The notes under the pieces were generated by a model. It worked only from the letters and a program-made list of their open reading frames with translations. It had not been told where the DNA came from and ran no database searches. The position numbers and the translations under genes were made by a program. This document shows positions 28,911 through 36,645 of a DNA stretch of 64,000 nucleotides, in pieces (the first letter of the stretch is position 1; each line of letters begins with the position of its first letter). Source of the stretch: an uncultured Gammaproteobacteria bacterium (GTDB lineage: Bacteria > Pseudomonadota > Gammaproteobacteria > Arenicellales > JAANXG01). The stretch spans positions 8,006 through 72,005 of the forward strand of contig CAMYKK010000010.1 of the NCBI GenBank assembly GCA_947258975.1, given 5' to 3'.

Positions 28911-30623
28911 ATGTTCGCCACCGACATCGTCTTCCTTCATCCGCCGAGCCTGTTCGATTTTCGCGAGCGTGCAGTTCTGCTTGGCCCGATCAGCGATGTC
29001 ATACCCTCAACACCGATCTTTGAGATGTATCCCATCGGTTTCGTGAGCCTGTGCCATCATCTCGAAAAAGCGGGATTTTCCACCCGCATCATCAACGTGG
29101 CAAACAAGATGCTGATGTCGCCACGCTATGACCCGGCGCGCGAGATCGCGCGGCTCAAGGCAAAGGCGTTCGCGGTGGATCTGCATTGGCTACCTCACGT
29201 CCAGGGTAGCCTCGCATTGGGTGAACTCATAAAGAACATCCATCCGGACCGGCCGGTGATCTACGGTGGATACTCCGCCACCTATTTTTCCGACGAGTTG
29301 ATCCGCTATCCCTTTGTCGATTATGTCGTCAAGGGGGATTCGACTGAGGTTCCCCTCAACCTGTTGATGCGAACCATCGTCGACGGTGGTGATTACAGCC
29401 GGGTGCCAAACCTGACCTATAAGGACGCCACCGGCCGCGTGCATGCGAACGAGATCAGTCATGTACCTACCGACATCGACGATATCACCATCGATTATGG
29501 GCTGCCGATCAATAAAGTGCTCCGATTTTTAGATTTCAAGGGTTACGTGCCGTTTCGCTCATGGCCGCGGTACCCGATGACGGCGATTTTCCCGTACCGG
29601 GGATGTCAGTACGACTGTGTTGCCTGTGGCGGCTCGAAATCCGCCGGGGAGAGGGTATTTCATCGTTTCCAGCTGGCGGTGAAGTCGCCACAGAAAGTGG
29701 CGGCGGAGCTTGCCCAGAGCGCCAAATATTTCAACGCGCCCTCGATGCTCATCGGCGATATCCTCCAAAATGGCCGGGACTACGCGTATCGTCTTCTGGA
29801 CGAGATCAAGCGGCTGCACCTACGCAACGAAATTGTCATCGAGTTTTTCGCCCCGCCCCCCAACGACGTGATCAACCGGATACAAACGTCGATTTCCCGA
29901 TACAACGTCGAGATGTCACCGGAATCACACGATGAGAACATCCGCCACGCCTTTGGCCGTCCGTTTGACAATCGGCAATTGGAGGACGCAATCGCCAGCT
30001 TCATCGAAACAGGCTGCGGACGCATAGATGTGTTCTTCATGATCGGCCTGCCGCAACAAACTTACGAGTCTGTCCTGGAAACCGTGGATTACTGCGAGTA
30101 CCTGCTTGCAACCTACGGTAAGCGGAAAAACCTGCATCCTTATATAGCGCCACTGGCACCGTTTCTCGATCCCGGGAGCGCCGTTTGGGAACGGCCCGAG
30201 GCCTACGGCTACCGATTGTTCGCCCGTACTCTTGCAGACCACAGACAGCTAATGGAATCCGCGGTCACTTGGAAGGACTTTTTGAGTTATGAAACCGACT
30301 GGATGACCCGCGATGAGATCGTCGATAGCACCTATGAGGCCGCACTTCGGTTGAACCGACACAAGCAAAAATATGGTCTGATCCAAAAACGCACAGCGGA
30401 CTTGCTTGAAAATCGTATGCACAGGGCGCGCGCACAACTCCGGCGAATACAGGACATGACGGCAAGCGGGCAACGCAATTCCCCGGCGTGGCGCAAGCTG
30501 CAAGACGAGTTGCGCGGTGCGCTGGTGAGCACGCTTTATCACCAAGAAGAGCTCAACTGGCCGATCGGCCGGTCACGGTTCAATCTGCCGGGTATACTTT
30601 CGCGCTTGCTGAAGCGAGCATAG
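28911..30623 (+). CDS. B12-binding-domain radical SAM enzyme (class B)
   Basis: N-terminal B12-binding-like domain (VFLHPPSLFDF...) and radical SAM cluster motif CQYDCVAC (CX3CX2C). The ATG is at 28911 and the frame is open from a TTG at 28887. Confidence 0.8.
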   Translation: MFATDIVFLHPPSLFDFRERAVLLGPISDVIPSTPIFEMYPIGFVSLCHHLEKAGFSTRIINVANKMLMSPRYDPAREIARLKAKAFAVDLHWLPHVQGSLALGELIKNIHPDRPVIYGGYSATYFSDELIRYPFVDYVVKGDSTEVPLNLLMRTIVDGGDYSRVPNLTYKDATGRVHANEISHVPTDIDDITIDYGLPINKVLRFLDFKGYVPFRSWPRYPMTAIFPYRGCQYDCVACGGSKSAGERVFHRFQLAVKSPQKVAAELAQSAKYFNAPSMLIGDILQNGRDYAYRLLDEIKRLHLRNEIVIEFFAPPPNDVINRIQTSISRYNVEMSPESHDENIRHAFGRPFDNRQLEDAIASFIETGCGRIDVFFMIGLPQQTYESVLETVDYCEYLLATYGKRKNLHPYIAPLAPFLDPGSAVWERPEAYGYRLFARTLADHRQLMESAVTWKDFLSYETDWMTRDEIVDSTYEAALRLNRHKQKYGLIQKRTADLLENRMHRARAQLRRIQDMTASGQRNSPAWRKLQDELRGALVSTLYHQEELNWPIGRSRFNLPGILSRLLKRA

Positions 30624-30728
30624 CGCTCTCAGACAGCGCCGGGGATGTGCGCAGAGTGTTACCCCGGTTACCCAGGTGATACACTGCCGGGAGCAGGCGA
30701 CGGGGTTGGGGCCGTGGCTGCTTGTCTC

Positions 30729-30784
30729 GAAGCAAGGGGCCCGGTGCTGTGGGCAAGAAGCAAGGGGCCCGGTGCTGTGGGCAA
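30729..30784. repeat. Perfect 28-bp tandem duplication
   Basis: GAAGCAAGGGGCCCGGTGCTGTGGGCAA occurs twice, at 30729-30756 and 30757-30784. Confidence 0.95.
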
Positions 30785-30850
30785 TTTGTTAATTGAGACA
30801 ACAATGCAAGCAAGTCAATATTGATGACAACTGACGGAGGAGAGGACAAA

Positions 30851-31510
30851 ATGGTTGATGCGATAAAAATACTCGGCAGTCTGATGGGCAACAATGCAGT
30901 GTCGTCCGGACTGGGCGCACAGGTGTTGAAGAGCGTATTGGGCGGCGCCATGGGTGGCGGTTCGAGCGCGGGCGCTTCCGCAGGGGGGCTCGGCGGATTG
31001 CTCGGCAGCGTGTTGGGTTCAGGGGGTTCTTCGGGAGGCGGCCTGTTGGGCGGCCTGGCCGAGGCCGCACTCAAGCAGTTCGGGCAAAGTCAAGTGAGTA
31101 CCCCGACGCCGGCTGCCAGCGAACAATGCGTGCCCGAGGGCATGAGCCAACAACAAGCCAACGATGAAGCGACGCTACTGATCCGCGCGATGATCAATGC
31201 GGCCAAGGCAGATGGCCGCGTGGATCGCGAGGAGACAGAGAAGGTATTGCAGCGTCTTGGTGATATCAGCCAGGATGAAATCGACTTCGTAAAGCAAGAA
31301 CTGGCCCGCCCTCTCGACACCGACGACTTCATTCGCAGCGTGCCGCGGGGCATGGAGCAACAGGTCTATGCGATGTCGTTATTGGCCATTGATCTGGATA
31401 CCAACCCGGAGGCGAAATACCTGCATCAACTCGCCCAGGGATTGAGAATGGCTCCGCAGGTCTGCAATCAGATTCACCAGCAATTGGGGGCACAGCAGCT
31501 TTATTCCTGA
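30851..31510 (+). CDS. DUF533 / TerB-like (tellurite-resistance-fold) protein
   Basis: Gly/Ser-rich N-terminal half, then EATLLIRAMINAAKADGRVDREE...YAMSLLAIDLD. The ATG at 30851 is preceded by GGAGGAG. Confidence 0.7.
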   Translation: MVDAIKILGSLMGNNAVSSGLGAQVLKSVLGGAMGGGSSAGASAGGLGGLLGSVLGSGGSSGGGLLGGLAEAALKQFGQSQVSTPTPAASEQCVPEGMSQQQANDEATLLIRAMINAAKADGRVDREETEKVLQRLGDISQDEIDFVKQELARPLDTDDFIRSVPRGMEQQVYAMSLLAIDLDTNPEAKYLHQLAQGLRMAPQVCNQIHQQLGAQQLYS

Positions 31511-31578
31511 CGTCGCGATTCCACCGCGAATCACAGCCGGGCTGTCACCCAATGCGGCACGCAGGTTGCTGCGCTTTT

Positions 31579-31590
31579 TGACATATGTCA
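31579..31590. promoter_or_regulatory. Perfect 12-bp palindrome TGACATATGTCA overlapping a TTGACA hexamer
   Basis: Located at the head of the metal island. It overlaps the ATG at 31585. The binding protein is unknown. Confidence 0.3.
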
Positions 31591-32034
31591 CGTTTTTATT
31601 GTGAGCCGGTGTGCTATATTTTCAGCATGAGGGGTCGATTCACGCCAACCATATTGGGGGCCATGATGGCGGCGCTGCTTATACTTGCAGCGACCCCTAC
31701 CGCTGTGCCCGCTTCTGCTGTTGGATTGACGGTTGCCGGCGCTGGGGACCATGCGGGCATGGCCGGCATGTCATCGGCTCACGAATCTTCGTCCCATATA
31801 CCGTGCGCCTCGCAAGACTGCGCCCCGGAACCAGACTGCCCCGCAAACATGTCGATGTCTGATTGTGAAGTAAATGGTATGTCATGCGCGCACTCTGGCA
31901 CGACCGTGATGGCGCACCGGACCAGCGAACTTGGAGTGCAACGTGATGTTGCCGTTGTATATCCGGATCCACCGAATCTAATCCTAGCGAACCCCTCGAC
32001 TAGAATCTTCCATCCTCCACGACCTGCCTCCTGA
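31585..32034 (+). CDS. Small secreted Cys/His/Met-rich protein, CzcI/DUF2946-like (tentative), paralog A
   Basis: Signal peptide (alternative start at 31627, MRGRFTPTILGAMMAALLILAA). Rich in Cys, His and Met. The C-terminus ...IFHPPRPAS is shared with ORF 35912. Confidence 0.55.
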   Translation: MSRFYCEPVCYIFSMRGRFTPTILGAMMAALLILAATPTAVPASAVGLTVAGAGDHAGMAGMSSAHESSSHIPCASQDCAPEPDCPANMSMSDCEVNGMSCAHSGTTVMAHRTSELGVQRDVAVVYPDPPNLILANPSTRIFHPPRPAS

Positions 32035-32159
32035 CCACCGTCGCCGGTAGCCGTTAGTTAATGCTGGGCTGCCGTGTCCCAAATGGATATCGGGCACTCA
32101 ATTGCATAAGTTTGGCTTTGGGTGTGCCGCGATCGACTCTCGTTTCAGGAGACTGAGTA

Positions 32160-32615
32160 ATGATTACTGTCAATACATTGTCCAAGCACAGCGGCGTGGC
32201 AGCACACACCGTCCGCTACTACTCCCGCATCGGACTGCTCAATCCGCGGCGGGATCCCAATAATGGATATCGCGTGTTCGATTCTGCGGATCTGAACCGC
32301 TTGCGATTCATCCGCAGCACCCAGCACCTCGGATTCACCTTGAATGAAATCTTCGAGATATTGGCAATTTCACAGAAGGGAAGCTCGCCGTGTCAAAGGG
32401 TCCGAGACATGCTGAGCCGGCGCGTTTGTGAAAACCAGAGGAAGATCGACGAACTCGTGCGCTTGCAAGCGCGCATGGAGAAGACTTTAGCCTTATGGCG
32501 GCACCTGCCGGATAGTGGTCCCGGTAAAAACGGCGTTTGCCGGCTCATTGACTCGGCGAACGCGGCCTTGGATGCGGCAAGTTACGAGATGACCGGGGAA
32601 GGACACTATGTCTGA
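32160..32615 (+). CDS. MerR-family (heavy-metal-responsive type) transcriptional regulator
   Basis: HTH LSKHSGVAAHTVRYYSRIGLL, a dimerisation helix, and Cys78, Cys90 and Cys127. An AGGAG RBS is present. Confidence 0.85.
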   Translation: MITVNTLSKHSGVAAHTVRYYSRIGLLNPRRDPNNGYRVFDSADLNRLRFIRSTQHLGFTLNEIFEILAISQKGSSPCQRVRDMLSRRVCENQRKIDELVRLQARMEKTLALWRHLPDSGPGKNGVCRLIDSANAALDAASYEMTGEGHYV

Positions 32616-33183
32616 GAAAACATCAATAGAGGCAACAGGGCGCGCGCTGCGTCCTCCGGCGTTCAAGTTCCTGGTGCCCCTCGCGATCTTCGTGGCGATC
32701 GGCATCTTCCTCGGTATCGGTCTGACCCTCGATCCGCGCGAAGTCCCGTCGCCATTGATCGGCGAACCGGTGCCGGAGTTCGATCTGCCACCGGTCCAGG
32801 GGCGTACCGTGGGCCTGTCCGGCAAGAATCTAGTGGGTGAGGTATCCCTGGTGAATGTGTTCGCGTCGTGGTGCACCGCCTGCCGGGATGAACATCCGCT
32901 GTTTATGCAGATGTATCAGGAAAACATCGTGCCGATCCACGGTCTAAACTATAAGGACCGTCCACAGGACGCAGCCGCTTGGCTCGACGCCTTGGGCGAC
33001 CCTTATACCCGAACCGGTGCGGATATCAACGGCCGAGTCGGGATCGATTGGGGTGTCTACGGCGTGCCGGAGACGTTCGTGATCGGCCGGGACGGCCGCA
33101 TCGCGTACAAACACATCGGGGCCGTAAACAAGCGTGTGCTCGACGAGACCCTGCTTCCATTGATTGCGAAATTGAGAGAATGA
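32608..33183 (+). CDS. DsbE/CcmG (TlpA-like) periplasmic thiol:disulfide oxidoreductase
   Basis: TM anchor, WCTAC active site, and the hallmark GVYGVPETF. Overlaps the merR stop by 8 nt. Confidence 0.85.
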   Translation: MSEKTSIEATGRALRPPAFKFLVPLAIFVAIGIFLGIGLTLDPREVPSPLIGEPVPEFDLPPVQGRTVGLSGKNLVGEVSLVNVFASWCTACRDEHPLFMQMYQENIVPIHGLNYKDRPQDAAAWLDALGDPYTRTGADINGRVGIDWGVYGVPETFVIGRDGRIAYKHIGAVNKRVLDETLLPLIAKLRE

Positions 33184-33253
33184 ACATGAACATTTTTAGG
33201 GATTGCAAACCGGCCATGCCATCGAACGTGGACGGCGGTGTCGGGGACTGGTA

Positions 33254-33997
33254 ATGGTGGGGGAGCTGTCTAGCTTGGCGCTGCCGGCAATCTTCCTGGC
33301 CGGTGTCATATCGTTCTTCTCTCCCTGCGTGCTGCCGCTCGTTCCGGCATATATCTCCTACATTACCGGCGAGTCGGTCACGGATGCACAAAATGCGCAG
33401 TCGATATCAGCGCGGTTACCCGCGGTGGCGTTGAGCCTGTTCTTTGTATTGGGCTTCTCCACGGTGTTCGTCGTCCTCGGGGCGAGCGCCTCGGTGCTCG
33501 GTCAATCGTTACTCAAGTACCGCTATGAAACCAACATCATCGGCGGCGCCATCATCATTGTCTTCGGCTTATTCATGACCGGGCTGATCAAGCTGCCGCA
33601 CCTGCACCGCGACACGCGCTTTCACGTCGCCTTGGATGGAGGCGGCCCGGTATCCGCATTCTTGTTGGGCCTGGCGTTCGGGTTCGGTTGGACACCGTGC
33701 ATCGGACCGGTGTTGGGCGCGATTTTAACGGCCAGCGCCGTAACTGCGACCTTGAATCAGGGTATTGCCTTATTGAGCGTCTATGCCTTGGGTCTCAGCC
33801 TGCCGTTTCTGGCCGCGGCGCTGTTTGCAGACAAATTTCTCATCCGGCTCAAGAGGATGCGCCGTATGGGCAGAACACTGCATATCGTGGCAGGCGTAAT
33901 TCTGATCGTAACCGGGATTGCCATGATCACCGGTTATCTATCCACATTCGGATTCTGGCTGCTGAACACATTTCCGGTGTTTTCAACCATCGGCTGA
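33254..33997 (+). CDS. CcdA/DsbD-family transmembrane thiol-disulfide electron transporter
   Basis: FFSPCVLPLVP and GWTPCIGP motifs with 6-8 TM helices. The frame is open from a TTG at 33203. Confidence 0.85.
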   Translation: MVGELSSLALPAIFLAGVISFFSPCVLPLVPAYISYITGESVTDAQNAQSISARLPAVALSLFFVLGFSTVFVVLGASASVLGQSLLKYRYETNIIGGAIIIVFGLFMTGLIKLPHLHRDTRFHVALDGGGPVSAFLLGLAFGFGWTPCIGPVLGAILTASAVTATLNQGIALLSVYALGLSLPFLAAALFADKFLIRLKRMRRMGRTLHIVAGVILIVTGIAMITGYLSTFGFWLLNTFPVFSTIG

Positions 33998-34037
33998 ATC
34001 AATCATATTAACTTTTGACGTAAATACTTTTGGAGAC

Positions 34038-34490
34038 ATGCTCATGAAGACATTCAAGTTCTTACCAATACTCGGATTAGCGTTGTTAGTTGCCGGTTGT
34101 AGCGGCAACGCCGCGCCCAAAGAAACGATCACCTTGTATAAATCCTACACTTGCGGTTGCTGCAATGGATGGAAGGAGCATATGGAGAGCAACGGCTACA
34201 AGGTCGATGTGGTGAACATGGAGGACAAGGATCTGCCGGCTATCAAACGCAAGTATAACGTGTCCAAATCGCTGCAGAGCTGTCACACGGCGATTATCGG
34301 CGACTATATCGTCGAAGGGCACATCCCATCCAAGGTCATAGACAAGCTGTTGACCGAAAAACCGGCGATCGATGGCATCGGGATGGCAGGCATGCCGTCA
34401 GGTTCACCCGGGATGCCCGGTCCTAAAAAGGAAGCCTGGAAGATCTACTCGATGAAAAGCGGCAAGATCTCGCTGTACGAACAGCTCTGA
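34038..34490 (+). CDS. DUF411 (CopG-type) periplasmic copper-binding lipoprotein
   Basis: Lipobox LVAGC, CxCC motif YTCGCCNGW, CHTAI, and a Met-rich GMAGMPSGSPGMPG segment. Confidence 0.8.
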   Translation: MLMKTFKFLPILGLALLVAGCSGNAAPKETITLYKSYTCGCCNGWKEHMESNGYKVDVVNMEDKDLPAIKRKYNVSKSLQSCHTAIIGDYIVEGHIPSKVIDKLLTEKPAIDGIGMAGMPSGSPGMPGPKKEAWKIYSMKSGKISLYEQL

Positions 34491-34714
34491 GTAGCCTCGA
34501 GCAGGCTGCACCGTACGGTTACCCATACCGCCGGCAAGTGAGCTTTGTGCACGGTTCTCAATGGTGCAATCCATCGCCCCCGGATACCCGCGTGCCACGG
34601 TCGCACAAGACGGGGCGCAGCAGCACGTGTTTTTTGTCTTCTATACTTAAATGATGTGGGGCCTGTTGGCACTTTAAACAACCACGCCGAACCGATGTGT
34701 GATGGGAGAGTGAG

Positions 34715-35233
34715 ATGAAGGTTGTCGCAGCATTGTTAACCGGATTACTTGCGCTGCAGCTACTGCCGGTGGCGGCGTACGCGCATTGTCCGTTGTGTAC
34801 CGCCGGTGCGGGCGTCGTGGCATTTGGCGCCGCCAAGCTGGGGGTGGGACCCATGTCTGTGGGCATATTCATAGGCGCGTTTGCGGTGGCGCTGGGATTG
34901 TGGGTGGCTCGATTGCTGAAAAAACAATACGTGCCCAAGCAGAAAGAGGCCCTGGCAATCTTCTCGTTCGCCACCACCATATTGCCGTTGCAATCCATGC
35001 TGGCCGATTACACCTCCGTGTATCTGCCGTTCTGGGGAGAATACGGAAAAACCCTGCTGATCAACCTCTTCTTGGTCGGCGGAATCATAGGTGGCGTACT
35101 GATACTGCTCTCGCCTTACCTCAGCAGGAAACTGGCGCTCGCGCGGGGCGGCGCGATGTATCCGTTCCAAGGCATGGTCGTCACGCTGGCGTTACTCGTT
35201 TCTGCTGCGCTTGTCATCGAACTTGCGGCATGA
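34715..35233 (+). CDS. Membrane protein of unknown function with an HCPLC motif after the signal peptide
   Basis: 172 aa with a GGGAGAG RBS. The signal peptide ends AYAHCPLCTAG, followed by about 4 TM helices. Confidence 0.6.
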   Translation: MKVVAALLTGLLALQLLPVAAYAHCPLCTAGAGVVAFGAAKLGVGPMSVGIFIGAFAVALGLWVARLLKKQYVPKQKEALAIFSFATTILPLQSMLADYTSVYLPFWGEYGKTLLINLFLVGGIIGGVLILLSPYLSRKLALARGGAMYPFQGMVVTLALLVSAALVIELAA

Positions 35234-35670
35234 ATGATCCAGTCTCGGCTCTGTCGGTCATAACCGTGCTGTTCGTGGCCTTATTGATTACGAAAAGCCT
35301 TACGCAATGGAAGTTCTGCGTGATCTGCGTTAGCGTCAGTGCCACTTGGTTGGCATTACTGGCGTTGTATTGGCTCGGATTGTTCAATCAACCGGTAATC
35401 ATCGCTGTGTTGATGGGACAAACCATCGTCGGCTTGTACTATTTTCTTGAAAAAAGGACCGCAGAGGCTTTGCACATATTCCGTCTACCGTTGCTGCTGA
35501 CGTTGACGCTGGCCGCGTTTGTGGCACTCAATGTCACTACCGATCTGGTTTACGGCGTGAGCCTGATAGCATTAATGTGGATCGTGCTTTCACTGTTGTA
35601 TTTTTACCGGCAAAACCCAACAACCAAGACCGTAGTCGACCGCATCATCGCGTGTTGCAGAGACTGGTGA
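35230..35670 (+). CDS. Membrane protein of unknown function with a membrane-edge CVIC (CxxC) motif and a C-terminal CC
   Basis: The ATG at 35230 overlaps the previous stop (ATGA). 146 aa, about 4 TM helices, with WKFCVICVS and ...IIACCRDW. The N-terminal 148 codons of track ORF 34786..35670 overlap the preceding gene out of frame. Confidence 0.55.
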   Translation: MNDPVSALSVITVLFVALLITKSLTQWKFCVICVSVSATWLALLALYWLGLFNQPVIIAVLMGQTIVGLYYFLEKRTAEALHIFRLPLLLTLTLAAFVALNVTTDLVYGVSLIALMWIVLSLLYFYRQNPTTKTVVDRIIACCRDW

Positions 35671-35911
35671 GCGTATTGAAAAAATTCCGTCATAAGAACC
35701 GGCTAGACACCCATCCACCGGGTGTTTGGCTGTATCCCACACGCCGCTGAAAAAGCACATGTCGTGGACACAGAAGCAGCGTTGTGGGAACGCAATAATC
35801 CCCGATCATTGTCTGGCAGGGACCGTCGGATTTGTGCGGCCGATCGATTTTTATGAAACTTCGCTACCGAAAACGTGTCAGTTTGTTTATGACTAAACTC
35901 AATTCGCGAAA

Positions 35912-36277
35912 TTGACAACCCTGCTCGACAAGATAATCCGCTGTGTTCTCGCGGCGTTTCTGATTGTCGGCACCATGCAATGGTCATTTGCGGGCAGTTG
36001 CGACGAAGGGCGAGCCCACACTCCCGACGCCGCAATGGAATCTACGGTGTCGTGCGCCCACGCTAATCATCACGATGTTGCCAACGGCGCGTGTCAGCAG
36101 GGTTCTTGCTGTCAATCCGCACACTGCGGACAGTGTGTCAATGCCGTAACCATGCTTCAGTCTGCGGCGTTGCGAATTACACCGGACAACCCCTCGATTA
36201 TTCCCAACTCCCACCAGCGACGACACCACCAACAACGGGCCAATACCGTCTTTAGACCTCCCCGGCCGTTAGCCTGA
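35912..36277 (+). CDS. Small secreted Cys/His-rich protein, CzcI/DUF2946-like (tentative), paralog B
   Basis: TTG start and a signal-like N-terminus. Contains SCAHANHH...CCQSAHCGQC, and the C-terminus ...VFRPPRPLA parallels ORF 31585. Confidence 0.5.
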   Translation: MTTLLDKIIRCVLAAFLIVGTMQWSFAGSCDEGRAHTPDAAMESTVSCAHANHHDVANGACQQGSCCQSAHCGQCVNAVTMLQSAALRITPDNPSIIPNSHQRRHHQQRANTVFRPPRPLA

Positions 36278-36340
36278 TTGATCTGTCTTAACCTGTTGTA
36301 CAAAAACCGCTGGCAAGGCGTCGGTGGTTGATCAGTCTTA
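36278..36340. repeat. 13-nt direct repeat TTGATC(T/A)GTCTTA, two copies 50 bp apart
   Basis: Copies at 36278-36290 and 36328-36340 with 1 mismatch. The second copy abuts the RBS of ORF 36353. Confidence 0.6.
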
Positions 36341-36352
36341 TGAGGAGGTTTC

Positions 36353-36628
36353 ATGTATTTCCATATTCTGCGCGCCGGACCAAGGCGAATGCCACAGCGT
36401 CAAACAAAGGTGGCGGGTGTGGGTCGATACCTGACCCTGTGGATGAGCGTCGTTTCGCTGACTGCATGCGCGAGCAGCATCACTGTACCGCTCGCCGGCA
36501 CTGACCATCCTGCCAATCCCAAGGCCCAAGAAGCGCCTGAGCCGCCCCGCTCGACGGCATTGGATACCGAGGTGATCGCGGCGCCCAGGCCCGCCCCAGC
36601 GGATCACGAAATGCACCAACATCACTAG
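36353..36628 (+). CDS. Small lipoprotein with a His-rich C-terminus (HEMHQHH)
   Basis: Strong RBS GAGGAGG 5 nt upstream, lipobox SLTAC, a Pro-rich linker, and a C-terminal ADHEMHQHH. Confidence 0.6.
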   Translation: MYFHILRAGPRRMPQRQTKVAGVGRYLTLWMSVVSLTACASSITVPLAGTDHPANPKAQEAPEPPRSTALDTEVIAAPRPAPADHEMHQHH

Positions 36629-36645
36629 ATGACGGGGAGGACGTT

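Noticed and set aside
34786-35229. N-terminal 148 codons of track ORF 34786..35670
   Set aside because: This part overlaps the HCPLC membrane protein gene out of frame and reads as an Arg/Gly-rich shadow. Only the part from the ATG at 35230 looks like a real (membrane) protein.
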